DNA of 64,000 nt from Bdellovibrionales bacterium. Lineage in GTDB: Bacteria; Bdellovibrionota; Bdellovibrionia; Bdellovibrionales; CAYMLA01. Location of the stretch: positions 1,472,001 to 1,536,000 of the forward strand of contig OZ244239.1 in assembly GCA_965217115.1 (NCBI GenBank), written 5' to 3'. The notes beneath the pieces were generated by a model. It searched no databases. It was not told the origin of the DNA and saw only the letters and a list, made by a program, of their open reading frames with translations. Positions within the stretch are counted from its first letter, which is position 1, and every line of letters starts with the position of its first letter. Both the position numbers and the translations under genes were made by a program. Shown piece after piece: positions 20,766 through 31,813 of the stretch.

Positions 20766-22178
20766 TTAAATATCGTAATAAAGTTCAAATTCAAACGGAG
20801 AGGGTCTTAGTTGTAGCTGAAGAACCTCGTTCTCTAACTTATAATCATGCCACGCAGATAAGAGGTCATCAGAGAAAACATCTCCCTTTCGTAAAAATTC
20901 ACTGGATTCATTAAGGCACTTTAAAGATTCTTCAAGAGTCGCTGGAACTGAAGGGACTTGGGCTGCTTCTTGGGGGCTTAATCCGTAGATATCTTTGTCT
21001 AAAGGGTCTCCGGGGTGGATTTTATTTTCGACTCCATCGAGACCAGCCATTAACATTGCAGCAAAGGCGAGATAAATATTGCAGCTAGCATCAGGAGTTC
21101 GAAACTCTATTCTTTTTGCTGCAGGGTTGCTGCCGCTGTTAGGAATACGTACGGCGGCGGAACGATTTTTAAAACTATAGGCTAATTTTACAGGAGCTTC
21201 GAATCCAGGAACTAGGCGTTTGTAAGAGTTCGTTGTTGGATTTGTGAGAGAGCACAAAGTGGGAGCGTGTTTTAATATGCCACCAATAAAATAAAGAGCT
21301 GTCTCGGAAAGGCCTGCATATTTTTCTCCAGAAAAAAGAGGTTTGCCATCTTTCCATAAAGACATATGAGTGTGCATTCCAGAGCCATTATCGCCAAAAA
21401 TCGGTTTTGGCATAAAAGTGGCGGTCTTTCCATTGCGACGAGCGACATTTTTGACAACATATTTGAACCACATGGTGTTATCTGCACTGGCGAGAGCCTC
21501 GGCGAATTTATAATTAATTTCTCCTTGAGCTGGTGCTACTTCATGGTGGTGCCTCTCAACTTCGATACCGAGGTTTTCTAGTTCCAAGCAAATTTCAGAA
21601 CGTATATCTTGATGGGAATCAGTGGGCATCGCTGGGAAGTAACCTTGTTTTTGACGGGGTTTGAAACCTAGGTTTCCTCCGAGTTCTTCCCGTCCGGTGT
21701 TCCAGTTAGCTTCTTGAGAGTCGACTTGGTAGAAGGACCCCCCTGAGGAAGTTTCGTAGCGAATATCATCAAAAATAAAAAATTCAGCTTCAGGTCCGAA
21801 ATAAGCAGCGTCGGCGATACCGCTGGATTTTAAGTAAGCAAGGGCTTTTTTTATGACTTGTCTGGGGTCCCTTTCGTAGGGGGCTCCAGTTCCGGGGAGA
21901 AGAACATCACAGATAAGAGAAAGTGTGGGAACTTCCATAAATGGGTCCATCTTGGCGGTAGAAGGGTCAGGCATCATAACCATGTCAGACTCCTGAATGC
22001 CGCGCCACCCTCTGATAGAGCTACCGTCAAATCCAAGTCCCTCGTCAAAGAGGCTTTCACTGAGAGTGTGAGCTGGGACTGTCAGGTGTTGCCAGACCCC
22101 CATGAGGTCGACAAACTTCATATTAACCATTATCGCTTCACTCTCTTTTGCAAATTCAATAACTTTTTTAGGGGTCAT
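20766..22178 (-). CDS. glnA: Glutamine synthetase type I (GSI-beta)
   Basis: FDGSSI, GPEAEFF, HHEVA, FMPKP...NGSGMH, NSYKRL and RIEFR motifs; adenylylation Tyr retained (DKDIY). Confidence 0.97.
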   Translation of the reverse strand: MTPKKVIEFAKESEAIMVNMKFVDLMGVWQHLTVPAHTLSESLFDEGLGFDGSSIRGWRGIQESDMVMMPDPSTAKMDPFMEVPTLSLICDVLLPGTGAPYERDPRQVIKKALAYLKSSGIADAAYFGPEAEFFIFDDIRYETSSGGSFYQVDSQEANWNTGREELGGNLGFKPRQKQGYFPAMPTDSHQDIRSEICLELENLGIEVERHHHEVAPAQGEINYKFAEALASADNTMWFKYVVKNVARRNGKTATFMPKPIFGDNGSGMHTHMSLWKDGKPLFSGEKYAGLSETALYFIGGILKHAPTLCSLTNPTTNSYKRLVPGFEAPVKLAYSFKNRSAAVRIPNSGSNPAAKRIEFRTPDASCNIYLAFAAMLMAGLDGVENKIHPGDPLDKDIYGLSPQEAAQVPSVPATLEESLKCLNESSEFLRKGDVFSDDLLSAWHDYKLENEVLQLQLRPSPFEFELYYDI

Positions 22179-22205
22179 ACGAGTCTCCTATTTTTATATT
22201 TTGGA

Positions 22206-22577
<372 letters not shown>

Positions 22578-22703
22578 TTAACAAAAACTTTTTTTCTTGC
22601 AACGAAAGATCACAAAAAAGAGAATAAATGATAAAAAATAATGCGCAGTGCTGATGTCGTGGTATTTATTAAAGAAAAGCCCTCTAATAACAAGGAATAA
22701 AGA

Positions 22704-23162
22704 ATGTTTAATGTGGTTTTGCATGAGCCAGAGATTCCACCAAATACGGGTAATATAGCACGTACCTGTGTAGGAACAGGGTGTCAGTTGCATTTGATTG
22801 AGCCATTAGGCTTTGATTTGTCGGAAAAATCAGTCAGACGTGCTGGATTAGATTATTGGAAGGACCTGAAGTGGGAGAAATATAATAATTGGAACCATTG
22901 GCACAATGGGGTTGTGGACCCTGAAAGGGTTTTTCTTTTTACGACGAAAACAAATAGAGTTTTTTACGACATAAACTTTCAGAGGGGAGATTCTTTTGTT
23001 TTTGGAAGTGAAACAAGGGGGCTTCCAGAGGGTCAACTGAATAAATGCTCCCAGAGATTGGTAACACTACCTATGACTCCCCATATTCGTAGTTTAAATT
23101 TATCTAATGCCGTGGCTGTTGTGGTTTTTGAAGCGTTAAGACAAACAAGGACACTGGACTAA
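22704..23162 (+). CDS. trmL: tRNA (cytidine/uridine-34-2'-O)-methyltransferase
   Basis: PEIPPNTGNIAR, RRAGLDYW, FGSETRGL and RSLNLSN motifs. Confidence 0.95.
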   Translation: MFNVVLHEPEIPPNTGNIARTCVGTGCQLHLIEPLGFDLSEKSVRRAGLDYWKDLKWEKYNNWNHWHNGVVDPERVFLFTTKTNRVFYDINFQRGDSFVFGSETRGLPEGQLNKCSQRLVTLPMTPHIRSLNLSNAVAVVVFEALRQTRTLD

Positions 23163-23231
23163 GGTCATTCTTAAACAGATGATTAAGGCTATGGACATCG
23201 GGGGGAGAGTTCAGATAGAATAATCATCATT

Positions 23232-25919
23232 ATGATAGAGTCTATGCTTAAAAAAATATTTGGGACGAAGAATGATCGTGAAATGAAGAGGGTGTTCCAG
23301 CCTTTGGTTGAAGAGATAAACTCTCTTGAACCTCAGATAGAGGTTCTCTCTGATGAGCAGTTGCAAAATAAAACCTCGGAATTTCAGCAACGTTTACGAG
23401 AAGGAAAAACCACCGAAGATATTATGTGTGAAGCATTTGCTGTTTGTCGGGAAGCGGCCAAGCGCGTATTGAACATGCGCCATTACGATGTGCAGTTGAT
23501 TGGTGGTATCGTTTTACATCGCGGAAATATTGCAGAGATGCGAACGGGTGAGGGAAAAACTCTTGTGGCAACTTTGCCAGTGTATCTTAATGGTTTGACG
23601 GGCAAAGGAGTTCACGTGGTTACAGTGAACGATTATCTAGCGCAGCGGGATGCTGAGTGGATGGGGCGACTTTATAAGTGGCTGGGATTAAGCGTGGGAG
23701 TGATTATTAATGAATTGAGCGATGAACAGCGCAAGGAAGCCTATGCTTGTGATATTACCTATGCAACCAATAATGAACTAGGTTTTGATTATTTGCGCGA
23801 TAACATGAAATACGATTTGGAAGACTATGTGCAGAGAAATCACCATTATGCAATTGTTGATGAGTGTGACTCAATTCTAATTGATGAGGCTCGAACGCCA
23901 CTTATTATTTCTGGGCCGTCAGAAGACAGTGTGGATAAGTATTATCAGATTAATAAAATAATTCCTCATTTGAAAAATGAAATTCATTTTACGATGGAAG
24001 AGAAAAACCGTTCCGTGGCCTTAACTGAAGAAGGTAACGAGAAGGCAGAAGAACTTTTGAATGTGGGTAATATTTATGATCCACAGAATTTGTCGTTAGT
24101 ACATCATATCTATCAGGGTTTAAAGGCTTATAATCTCTTTCGTCGTGATGTGGACTATATGGTTCGCGATGGAGAAATTATTATTGTTGATGAATTTACA
24201 GGGCGTTTGATGTCTGGTCGTCGTTGGAGTGATGGTCTTCATCAAGCGGTAGAGGCTAAAGAGGGCGTTGATGTTAAAAGTGAAAATCAAACATTGGCAT
24301 CGATTACTTTTCAAAATTATTTTCGTATGTACGATAAACTCTCTGGAATGACAGGAACAGCAGATACAGAAGCTGTGGAATTTAAAAAAATATATTTATT
24401 GGATGTGTTGGTGATTCCGACAAATCAACCCATCGCTCGTTTAGATGAAGAGGATGTTGTTTATAAAAATAATAAAGCTAAATATAGAGCGATAGCTTTG
24501 GATATAAAAGAAGCTAACGCCAAAGGTCAGCCAGTGCTTGTGGGAACGGTGAGTATTGAACGTTCAGAAGCTATTAGTAGAGCTTTGGAAAATGAGGGTG
24601 TGAAGCATAAGGTGTTAAATGCTAAGCACCATGAGAAAGAGGCTGATATTGTTGCCCAGGCGGGACGCAAGGGGGCAGTGACCATTGCAACTAATATGGC
24701 TGGTCGTGGAACTGACATTGTCTTGGGGGGAAACCCGGAGGCTTTGGCAAAACTAGAGGTTGATATTGATAGCGATACTTTCTCTGATGTTTTTGCAAAG
24801 CACGAGAGTGTTTGTGAAAAAGAAAAAGGAGAAGTTATTAGTGCAGGAGGACTGTATATTATAGGTACGGAAAGGCATGAATCTCGTCGCATTGATAATC
24901 AGCTTCGAGGTCGTTCTGGTCGACAGGGAGATCCGGGGCAATCGTGTTTTTATCTTTCTTTGGAAGATGATCTCATGAGAATTTTTAATGGTGAGCGAAT
25001 TCAAAAAATAATGGAAAGATTGAATGTTCCTGATGATGAACCAATCACGGCTCGAATGGTGACTCGTTCTATTGAAGGCGCACAACGCAAGGTTGAGGGA
25101 CATAATTTTGACATTCGTAAACACTTGATTGAGTACGATGATGTGATGAATCAACAGAGAAAGGCGATTTATCAAATGCGCTGTGACACCTTGGAAAGTG
25201 ATGATTTTGAGAGAGTAATTTTAGATTTTCTTGGTGATAGAACATCTGATATTTTAGATATTTATGCCAATGAGAGTGTGAAGAAAGAGCTGTGGGATCT
25301 GGAAGGGCTAAAGACGGTTCTTCTCCAGCAGTTCGGGTTAAAATTTGATTTTGGTGATTTAGAGAGTGTGACAGCAGATGGAATCACGAAAGACGTAAGT
25401 GAGAGAATTAAAGAGCTTTACGATAAACAGAAAGAGTCTTTAGGGGGGCATCTTAAAGATATTCAGAGGATGATTTTATTGCAAACGCTGGATGGTATGT
25501 GGAAGGAGCATTTGCAGTTCATTGACCATTTAAAAGAGGGAATTAACTTACGAGGTTATGCACAAAAAGATCCTCTGGTTGAATATAAGAAAGAGGCTTT
25601 TAAGGCGTTTGAAGAATTAAATCGTAAAATAAAATCAGCAACAATTGAGAAATTAATGCGAGTGCATTTAGTTGATCATGATGTAGACCCTTCTGTATTT
25701 GAGGCCCATGGGAATAGGGGAGAAATGTCCTATCATGGGGCAGAGGCTTTTTCACAATCGATGGTTGCAGCTCAGATAGAAGAGCAGATGAAAGGTCAAG
25801 GAATGCCAACAGGGCAGGAGATGGGCTCTGGTGAAAGATCGGGAGAGTCTTTTCAAAGAAAGGAAAATCGGGCTGAGAGGCGTCAGCGCGAAAAAGCTGA
25901 AAAAAAGCGTAAAAAATAG
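23232..25919 (+). CDS. secA: Preprotein translocase ATPase SecA (no C-terminal SEC-C zinc finger)
   Basis: MRTGEGKT, DECD, ATNMAGRGTDI and RHESRRIDNQLRGRSGRQGDPG motifs. Confidence 0.98.
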   Translation: MIESMLKKIFGTKNDREMKRVFQPLVEEINSLEPQIEVLSDEQLQNKTSEFQQRLREGKTTEDIMCEAFAVCREAAKRVLNMRHYDVQLIGGIVLHRGNIAEMRTGEGKTLVATLPVYLNGLTGKGVHVVTVNDYLAQRDAEWMGRLYKWLGLSVGVIINELSDEQRKEAYACDITYATNNELGFDYLRDNMKYDLEDYVQRNHHYAIVDECDSILIDEARTPLIISGPSEDSVDKYYQINKIIPHLKNEIHFTMEEKNRSVALTEEGNEKAEELLNVGNIYDPQNLSLVHHIYQGLKAYNLFRRDVDYMVRDGEIIIVDEFTGRLMSGRRWSDGLHQAVEAKEGVDVKSENQTLASITFQNYFRMYDKLSGMTGTADTEAVEFKKIYLLDVLVIPTNQPIARLDEEDVVYKNNKAKYRAIALDIKEANAKGQPVLVGTVSIERSEAISRALENEGVKHKVLNAKHHEKEADIVAQAGRKGAVTIATNMAGRGTDIVLGGNPEALAKLEVDIDSDTFSDVFAKHESVCEKEKGEVISAGGLYIIGTERHESRRIDNQLRGRSGRQGDPGQSCFYLSLEDDLMRIFNGERIQKIMERLNVPDDEPITARMVTRSIEGAQRKVEGHNFDIRKHLIEYDDVMNQQRKAIYQMRCDTLESDDFERVILDFLGDRTSDILDIYANESVKKELWDLEGLKTVLLQQFGLKFDFGDLESVTADGITKDVSERIKELYDKQKESLGGHLKDIQRMILLQTLDGMWKEHLQFIDHLKEGINLRGYAQKDPLVEYKKEAFKAFEELNRKIKSATIEKLMRVHLVDHDVDPSVFEAHGNRGEMSYHGAEAFSQSMVAAQIEEQMKGQGMPTGQEMGSGERSGESFQRKENRAERRQREKAEKKRKK

Positions 25920-25930
25920 TTGGCGTTCTT

Positions 25931-26485
25931 ATGAGTGTTTGTCCAAATTGTCATCAACCCATTGAAGCTGATTTTGGTATGGTAACTTGTACATCTTGTG
26001 AGGCCGTTGTCTTTGTGGAGATGTCAGGTGAAATAAAAATTTATGAAGATTCGTTGAATAAAAACCCTTCTGATGTTGTACCTCCTCTGCAAGAGGAAAT
26101 TCCGCCGACGCTTGTTGATGAAGATAAGCGGTTAGATTCTGAACAAAATGAAGCCCCTTCTTTGGTGGAAAACTTTTCGGATGTCGTTGAGTTTGCAAAT
26201 TCTGATTTATCTCAGGTTCAGGATGGAGCGTATGCTTATTCAGTGCTGGTTACAGGGATTGATACAAAGGAAATTCGTAAAGAGATACATGATACTTTGA
26301 TGGATGAGAGATTGGGTGTTTCTTCTGAGTTAGAGTCTATACATGAAGGTGTTTTAGAAATACGTAATTTGAACCCTGTTAAAGCCAGTGTTATAGTGAA
26401 TCGATTGAGGGGTATGAATGTCAAAATTCAATGGGTTCAGTACGCAATCACCGAGATGGATATTTCTAGGGATTCTGACTCTTAA
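25931..26485 (+). CDS. Zinc-ribbon hypothetical protein
   Basis: N-terminal CPNC...CTSC, acidic linker; starts 11 bp after secA. Confidence 0.7.
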   Translation: MSVCPNCHQPIEADFGMVTCTSCEAVVFVEMSGEIKIYEDSLNKNPSDVVPPLQEEIPPTLVDEDKRLDSEQNEAPSLVENFSDVVEFANSDLSQVQDGAYAYSVLVTGIDTKEIRKEIHDTLMDERLGVSSELESIHEGVLEIRNLNPVKASVIVNRLRGMNVKIQWVQYAITEMDISRDSDS

Positions 26486-26692
26486 GCTGGAGAGAATTTT
26501 TTAAGAAAATATCAAGAGTTACAGAGCAGTACAGAAATAACGCTTCGCGTCTATCAAGCTAATTTTGAACTTCTTGCCGCGTTGGTTTTTTTCAGATATT
26601 TAGGTTTAAAGGTTTGCTGTGATAGGGAGTGTATTCTTCTTTTATTATCGAATAAATAAAAGGAGATATTTTTCTTTGTTTGGAGAGATTAT

Positions 26693-27229
26693 ATGGCTGA
26701 GATAAGAGACGATTATAATAGAGGCGGAGTAGTAACCCTTGTCATCGCCATGACTTTGACTTGTAGTTTTCTTATTTATATTTCGTTTTTTCACTCTGGA
26801 GTGAGCTTAGAGGAAATTCCCGAGGGCTCCGAGTTAGAAGAGAGTGTCGCTGAGGAAGTGAGTTTTGACATAGCGAAGGTGGAAAAACCTTGGTTGAAAT
26901 CTTCGCAAATGGCAGCTTATGGTAAGACAGTTTTCAAAAATTCGTGTGCTATGTGCCACGGGGCAGAAGGCAGGGGAGACGGTCCTGCGGGAGCGGCTTT
27001 GGTGCCAAAACCTCGGGATCTGGTGTTGGGCAAATGGACAAAAGGGGGAACTTCGCGGTCGTTGTTTAACACTGTGACCGATGGGCTTCCAGGAACTTCC
27101 ATGTCAGGGTATAAATATATGCCAGTGGCTGATCGCTGGGCACTGGTGCAGTTCATTCGTTCGATCACAAAGAATAAGGGAGCTGATGATATTGATAAAC
27201 TGGAGTCTTTTGGTAAAGCGGCGAAATAA
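26693..27229 (+). CDS. Membrane-anchored mono-heme cytochrome c
   Basis: TM plus CAMCH heme motif, PRDL and GTSM. Confidence 0.92.
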   Translation: MAEIRDDYNRGGVVTLVIAMTLTCSFLIYISFFHSGVSLEEIPEGSELEESVAEEVSFDIAKVEKPWLKSSQMAAYGKTVFKNSCAMCHGAEGRGDGPAGAALVPKPRDLVLGKWTKGGTSRSLFNTVTDGLPGTSMSGYKYMPVADRWALVQFIRSITKNKGADDIDKLESFGKAAK

Positions 27230-27306
27230 TCAGGAAGAGCCATGAATGTAGAGTTTTGTTAGAAAAAATAGGTTGAAAAATTTAAAATGTAGGAAAAACA
27301 AATAAA

Positions 27307-28164
27307 GTGGGATGGGTTTTTAATTTTTTATTAATGCTGAGTATTGTATCAGGCGGTTTCTTATCGGCCTACGATCCTGCGACGAACTTAAAAGGCGCCT
27401 CAGTGAAGCCTCGTCAGTTAGAAGGCATTGGTATTGATGAAAACCTAAGCCAGAGTCTTTCAATAACAGATATTGAGATGGTTGATGAGAATGGCGCGAG
27501 TGTTCGTTTAGCTAAATATTTTGATGGGAAAAGACCTGTTATATTAAGTCCTGTATATTATTCCTGTCCAAGCTTGTGTAATCTTCACTTGAATGGTCTT
27601 ACCGATGTGTTGAAACAAATAAAAATAACAGCAGGGCAAGAGTTTCAAGTAGTGAGTTTTAGTTTTGATCCGAGGGAAAGTCATCAAATCGCCAAATCTA
27701 AAAAGGAAAGCTATGTAAAAAACTATGGCCGTCGTGTTGCCGAAAAAGGTTGGCATTTTTTGACGGGAGATGAAAAAAATATTAAGCGATTATTAAAAGA
27801 AATCGGTTTTAAAGCTGAGTGGAAAGAAGACATAAAAGAATGGGCCCATGCTTCGGTAGCAATCATCGTGACTCCTAAGGGGAAGATATCTCGTTATCTG
27901 CATGGTGTTTACTTTGAGCCTAAGGATATTAAATTAGCTTTGACCGAAGCTTCTGATGGGAAAATTGGTAATATTATAGATCAGATTATTTTGTTTTGTT
28001 ATCGCTTTGATCCAAGTCAAAATAAGTATACACTGGCGGCGTTTAATATTATGCAAGCAGCCGGTGGATTTTTTGTTTTGTTGATGGGGATTTGGTTGAT
28101 TCCTTTTTGGAAAAAAAATAAAAAAGAAGTGTATAATAAAAACTCTGACAAGATGCTTTCGTAG
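27307..28164 (+). CDS. SCO1/SenC copper chaperone
   Basis: YSCPSLC, FSFDP and WAHAS motifs; C-terminal TM. Confidence 0.92.
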   Translation: MGWVFNFLLMLSIVSGGFLSAYDPATNLKGASVKPRQLEGIGIDENLSQSLSITDIEMVDENGASVRLAKYFDGKRPVILSPVYYSCPSLCNLHLNGLTDVLKQIKITAGQEFQVVSFSFDPRESHQIAKSKKESYVKNYGRRVAEKGWHFLTGDEKNIKRLLKEIGFKAEWKEDIKEWAHASVAIIVTPKGKISRYLHGVYFEPKDIKLALTEASDGKIGNIIDQIILFCYRFDPSQNKYTLAAFNIMQAAGGFFVLLMGIWLIPFWKKNKKEVYNKNSDKMLS

Positions 28165-28176
28165 GAGATATAGGAA

Positions 28177-29127
28177 ATGCCTTGGTTTACTCAAGCATAC
28201 GCTCAAACTTTTATGCCGCCTCAGGCGACTCAAATTGCCCATGATGTGGACGAGCTCTATTCATTTTTGCTATACGCCAGTCTAATTAGCTGTATTTTGC
28301 TTCTTGGTGGCATGATGTATTTTGTCTTTAAGTATAAAAGGAAAGAAGGGAGAAAATCAGCCTACATTAGTCATAGCACGATTTTAGAATTCCTATGGAG
28401 TTTTATTCCTTTTGTTATTTTTATAATTGTCTTTGTTTGGGGTGCAATTATTTATTGGGATATGCGTAATCCTCCAAGTGATTCTTTTGAAGTTCATGTG
28501 TTTGCGAAGAAATGGCAATGGGAGTTTAAATATAAGAGTGGTAAAAACAGCTTTAGTGAGATGGTCGTTCCTATTGATAAACCGGTCAAATTGATTATGA
28601 CTTCAGAAGATGTGATTCATAGCTTTTTTGTTCCAAGTTTTCGTATTAAGCAAGATGTAGTTCCTGGTCGCTATACTTCTTTGTGGTTTCAGGCGAATAA
28701 GAAAGGGGTTTTTCAAGTTTTCTGTACTGAGTTCTGTGGAGTGGGGCATTCAATGATGCTTGCAAAAATAAAAGTTGTCTCCAATCAGGAATTTGAAGAG
28801 TGGTTGCAAAAGTCAGATGGTGATGAGCCTAAATCTTTAGCGGATCAAGGCAAGGCTTTGTACATATCTAAGGCTTGTATTGGGTGTCATTCAACCGATG
28901 GAAGCCCTCGTGTTGGGCCGACGCTCAAGGGGTTGTTAGGAGCAAAAAAATATTTTGTTGACGGCTCGTCGTCTGTGGCTGATGAATCTTATATTCGTGA
29001 ATCAATTTTGAATGCTAATGCTAAAATTGTAAAAGGTTTTACAAAAGGACAGATGCCGATTTTTCAAGGTCAGTTGAAGGATCAAGAAGTGACGGCATTG
29101 ATTGAATTTATTAAAGGTTTGAAGTAA
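28177..29127 (+). CDS. coxB: Cytochrome c oxidase subunit II with fused cytochrome c (caa3 type)
   Basis: DVIHSF, CTEFCGVGHSMM CuA site and C-terminal CIGCH. Confidence 0.96.
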   Translation: MPWFTQAYAQTFMPPQATQIAHDVDELYSFLLYASLISCILLLGGMMYFVFKYKRKEGRKSAYISHSTILEFLWSFIPFVIFIIVFVWGAIIYWDMRNPPSDSFEVHVFAKKWQWEFKYKSGKNSFSEMVVPIDKPVKLIMTSEDVIHSFFVPSFRIKQDVVPGRYTSLWFQANKKGVFQVFCTEFCGVGHSMMLAKIKVVSNQEFEEWLQKSDGDEPKSLADQGKALYISKACIGCHSTDGSPRVGPTLKGLLGAKKYFVDGSSSVADESYIRESILNANAKIVKGFTKGQMPIFQGQLKDQEVTALIEFIKGLK

Positions 29128-29139
29128 GGAGATCTATTC

Positions 29140-30735
29140 GTGGGACAGTCGTCGGAAAAAACATCAGGACAAAGTTATTTAGATGTGGGTAGAGGCCTTA
29201 AAGCATGGTTGACGACCCTTGATCATAAAAAAATTGGTATCATGTACATGATAAGTGTCATGGCCTTCTTTGCTGTGGGCGGTTTTTTTGCTTTGGCGTT
29301 GAGATTGGAGCTTTTCAAAGTGGGTGAGACCATTATGACGGCCCAGGTTTATAATGAGTTTATGACAGCCCATGGGGCTATTATGGTTTTTATGGTGATT
29401 ATTCCAGGAATTCCCGCTATTTTTGGAAACTTTGTTCTGCCTTTGCATCTAGGAGCTAAGGATGTGGCCTTTCCTCGTTTGAACTTAGCGAGTTGGTACA
29501 TGCTGATGCTTGGCGCGATAATGGCTATTTTAACTATTTTTATGAAATCTCCTGACACTGGTTGGACGTTCTATACGCCCTACAGTATTGAGACAGACGG
29601 TTCGGTCACACTGATGGTGCTAGCGGCGTTTATTATGGGAATGTCCTCTGTTTTTACGGGGCTTAACTTTATTGCGACAGTTCACAAGATGCGTTGCCCT
29701 GGGATGAGTATGATGCGTATGCCGCTAATGGTGTGGGCGCTTTATTCGACAGCGATCATCCAAGTTTTAGCGACACCAGTTTTAGCGATAACTCTTATTC
29801 TTTTGGCACTAGAGAGAATCTTGGGCATTGGTTTTTTTGATCCAGCACTGGGTGGAGATCCTGTTTTATTCCAACATTTCTTTTGGTTTTATTCTCATCC
29901 AGCGGTTTACATTATGATTTTACCAGCTATGGGTGTGGTGAGTGAGGTAGTAACTGCTTTTTCTCGTAAGACGATTTTTGGCTATACGGCGATTGTTTAT
30001 TCGAGTCTTGGAATTGCGGGAGTGAGTTTTCTTGTGTGGGGGCATCACTTGTTTGTCAGTGGTCAATCAGAGGTGGCGGGATTGGTGTTTTCCTTCTTGA
30101 CCATGTTAGTTGGGGTTCCGACTGCGATAAAAATGTTTAATTGGGTGGCAACAATGTACAAGGGGAGCATTTATATGGCGACCCCGATGTTGTATGCATT
30201 AGGTTTTTTATTTCTTTTTGCCATCGGTGGTGTGACAGGTATTATGTTGGCGTCTTTGGCGGTCGATGTTCATTTTCATGATACATACTTTGTTGTGGCT
30301 CACTTTCATTATGTAATGGTGGGTGGAACCTTGATGTCGATCATGGCAGCCTTCTTTTATTGGTTACCAAAAATGTTTGGTCGCATGTATAATGAGATAG
30401 GTGGTCGATTGAGTTTTATTCTTATTTTTGGAGGATTTAATGTGACGTTTTACCCTCAATTTGTCCTAGGAGCGCTGGGAATGCCTCGTCGGTATTTTGA
30501 TTATTTACCAGCTTACGAGTCATTGAATCAAATTTCTACGATAGGTTCATGGTTGATTGCTTTGGGGTTTATAATAGGGTTAATCACAATTGTACATGCT
30601 ATTTTTAAAGGAAAAAAGGTGGGAGATAATCCATGGGGAGCAAAAACTCTTGAGTGGACGATTCCCTCTCCTCCGACAGAGCATAATTTTGAAACTATAC
30701 CTACAGTGACGGCAGGGCCTTATGAGTACAGATGA
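29140..30735 (+). CDS. coxA: Cytochrome c oxidase subunit I, A2 type
   Basis: DHKKIG, GWTFY, FWFYSHPAVY (YS motif marks A2), WGHH and VAHFH. Confidence 0.97.
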   Translation: MGQSSEKTSGQSYLDVGRGLKAWLTTLDHKKIGIMYMISVMAFFAVGGFFALALRLELFKVGETIMTAQVYNEFMTAHGAIMVFMVIIPGIPAIFGNFVLPLHLGAKDVAFPRLNLASWYMLMLGAIMAILTIFMKSPDTGWTFYTPYSIETDGSVTLMVLAAFIMGMSSVFTGLNFIATVHKMRCPGMSMMRMPLMVWALYSTAIIQVLATPVLAITLILLALERILGIGFFDPALGGDPVLFQHFFWFYSHPAVYIMILPAMGVVSEVVTAFSRKTIFGYTAIVYSSLGIAGVSFLVWGHHLFVSGQSEVAGLVFSFLTMLVGVPTAIKMFNWVATMYKGSIYMATPMLYALGFLFLFAIGGVTGIMLASLAVDVHFHDTYFVVAHFHYVMVGGTLMSIMAAFFYWLPKMFGRMYNEIGGRLSFILIFGGFNVTFYPQFVLGALGMPRRYFDYLPAYESLNQISTIGSWLIALGFIIGLITIVHAIFKGKKVGDNPWGAKTLEWTIPSPPTEHNFETIPTVTAGPYEYR

Positions 30736-31411
30736 GTCAATTGTTACAGAATCAGGGCATCATGTGCCCCATCATTTTAACAGCGCTCATCATGAGTACT
30801 CCTCAAGCAAGCAGGGGGTTTGGTTATTCCTTGTGACCGAGATGATGATGTTTGGCGCAGTGATTATGGCCTATGCTATGATGAGAAATGTTTATCCAGA
30901 AGCTTTTGCCCAAGGGGCGACATTTTTGAATTGGAAAATGGGTTTTATCAATACTTTAGTTTTAATAACCAGTTCATTTACGATGGTTCTGGGAATTCAT
31001 TATGCTCAAAAAAAAGAGCCTAAGAAGGCGGCAATAAATCTTTGGATCACAGTTCTTTGTGGCGTGATCTTTATGGTTATTAAATATTTTGAGTATAGTC
31101 ATAAAATTCATATAGGTATTATGCCTGGAAAGCTTTTTAATGCCGATATGTTAATGGCTTCAGGAGAGTTGGGAGGGGCTGCTATTAAAACCCATTTGCC
31201 TTTGTACTTCTCTTATTATTTTGTATTGACGGGAATTCATGGTCTTCATGTATTGATAGGAATGGGTTTAGTGGCTTGGGTGGCAATTCGAGCTTCTAGG
31301 AATGAATTTGGACCTGATTATTATACCCCTGTTGAAGGCGTGGGTTTATTTTGGCATTTGGTGGATCTAGTGTGGATTTATTTATTTCCAATGCTTTACT
31401 TGGTGGGTTAG
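30722..31411 (+). CDS. coxC: Cytochrome c oxidase subunit III
   Basis: WLFLVTEMMMF, TGIHGLHV and WHLVDLVW motifs. Confidence 0.95.
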   Translation: MSTDESIVTESGHHVPHHFNSAHHEYSSSKQGVWLFLVTEMMMFGAVIMAYAMMRNVYPEAFAQGATFLNWKMGFINTLVLITSSFTMVLGIHYAQKKEPKKAAINLWITVLCGVIFMVIKYFEYSHKIHIGIMPGKLFNADMLMASGELGGAAIKTHLPLYFSYYFVLTGIHGLHVLIGMGLVAWVAIRASRNEFGPDYYTPVEGVGLFWHLVDLVWIYLFPMLYLVG

Positions 31412-31442
31412 TGCGTGTTTGAAGAGATAGAAGGGAGTAATT

Positions 31443-31745
31443 ATGGCAACTCATGAAAAACATATTACGGCGAAAACCCATTTAAAAGTTTTTGTGGCGT
31501 TGATAGCTTTAACGGTTATTACGGTGATAGCTCCCCATTTGGACTTGTACTGGATGGCAACTCCTGTGGCTTTTTTGATAGCGACAATAAAGGCCTGTTT
31601 GGTGTTGTTCTTTTTCATGCATTTAATTCATGATGAAAAATTAAATGTAGTTATCATTGGGTCGAGTTTTTTCTTTTTAATGTTGTTTTTATTTTTTAGT
31701 GCGTTGGATATATTCACTCGTGTACCAGAGGTGAGTACATTATAA
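31443..31745 (+). CDS. coxD: Cytochrome c oxidase subunit IV
   Basis: IATIKACLVLFFFMHL motif; 3 TM. Confidence 0.9.
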   Translation: MATHEKHITAKTHLKVFVALIALTVITVIAPHLDLYWMATPVAFLIATIKACLVLFFFMHLIHDEKLNVVIIGSSFFFLMLFLFFSALDIFTRVPEVSTL

Positions 31746-31813
31746 AAACTCTTAAAATACACGTTTAAAGGGTGACCTTTTTATTGAGGAGTCGTTTCCA
31801 GAGTAGGTGAGGG

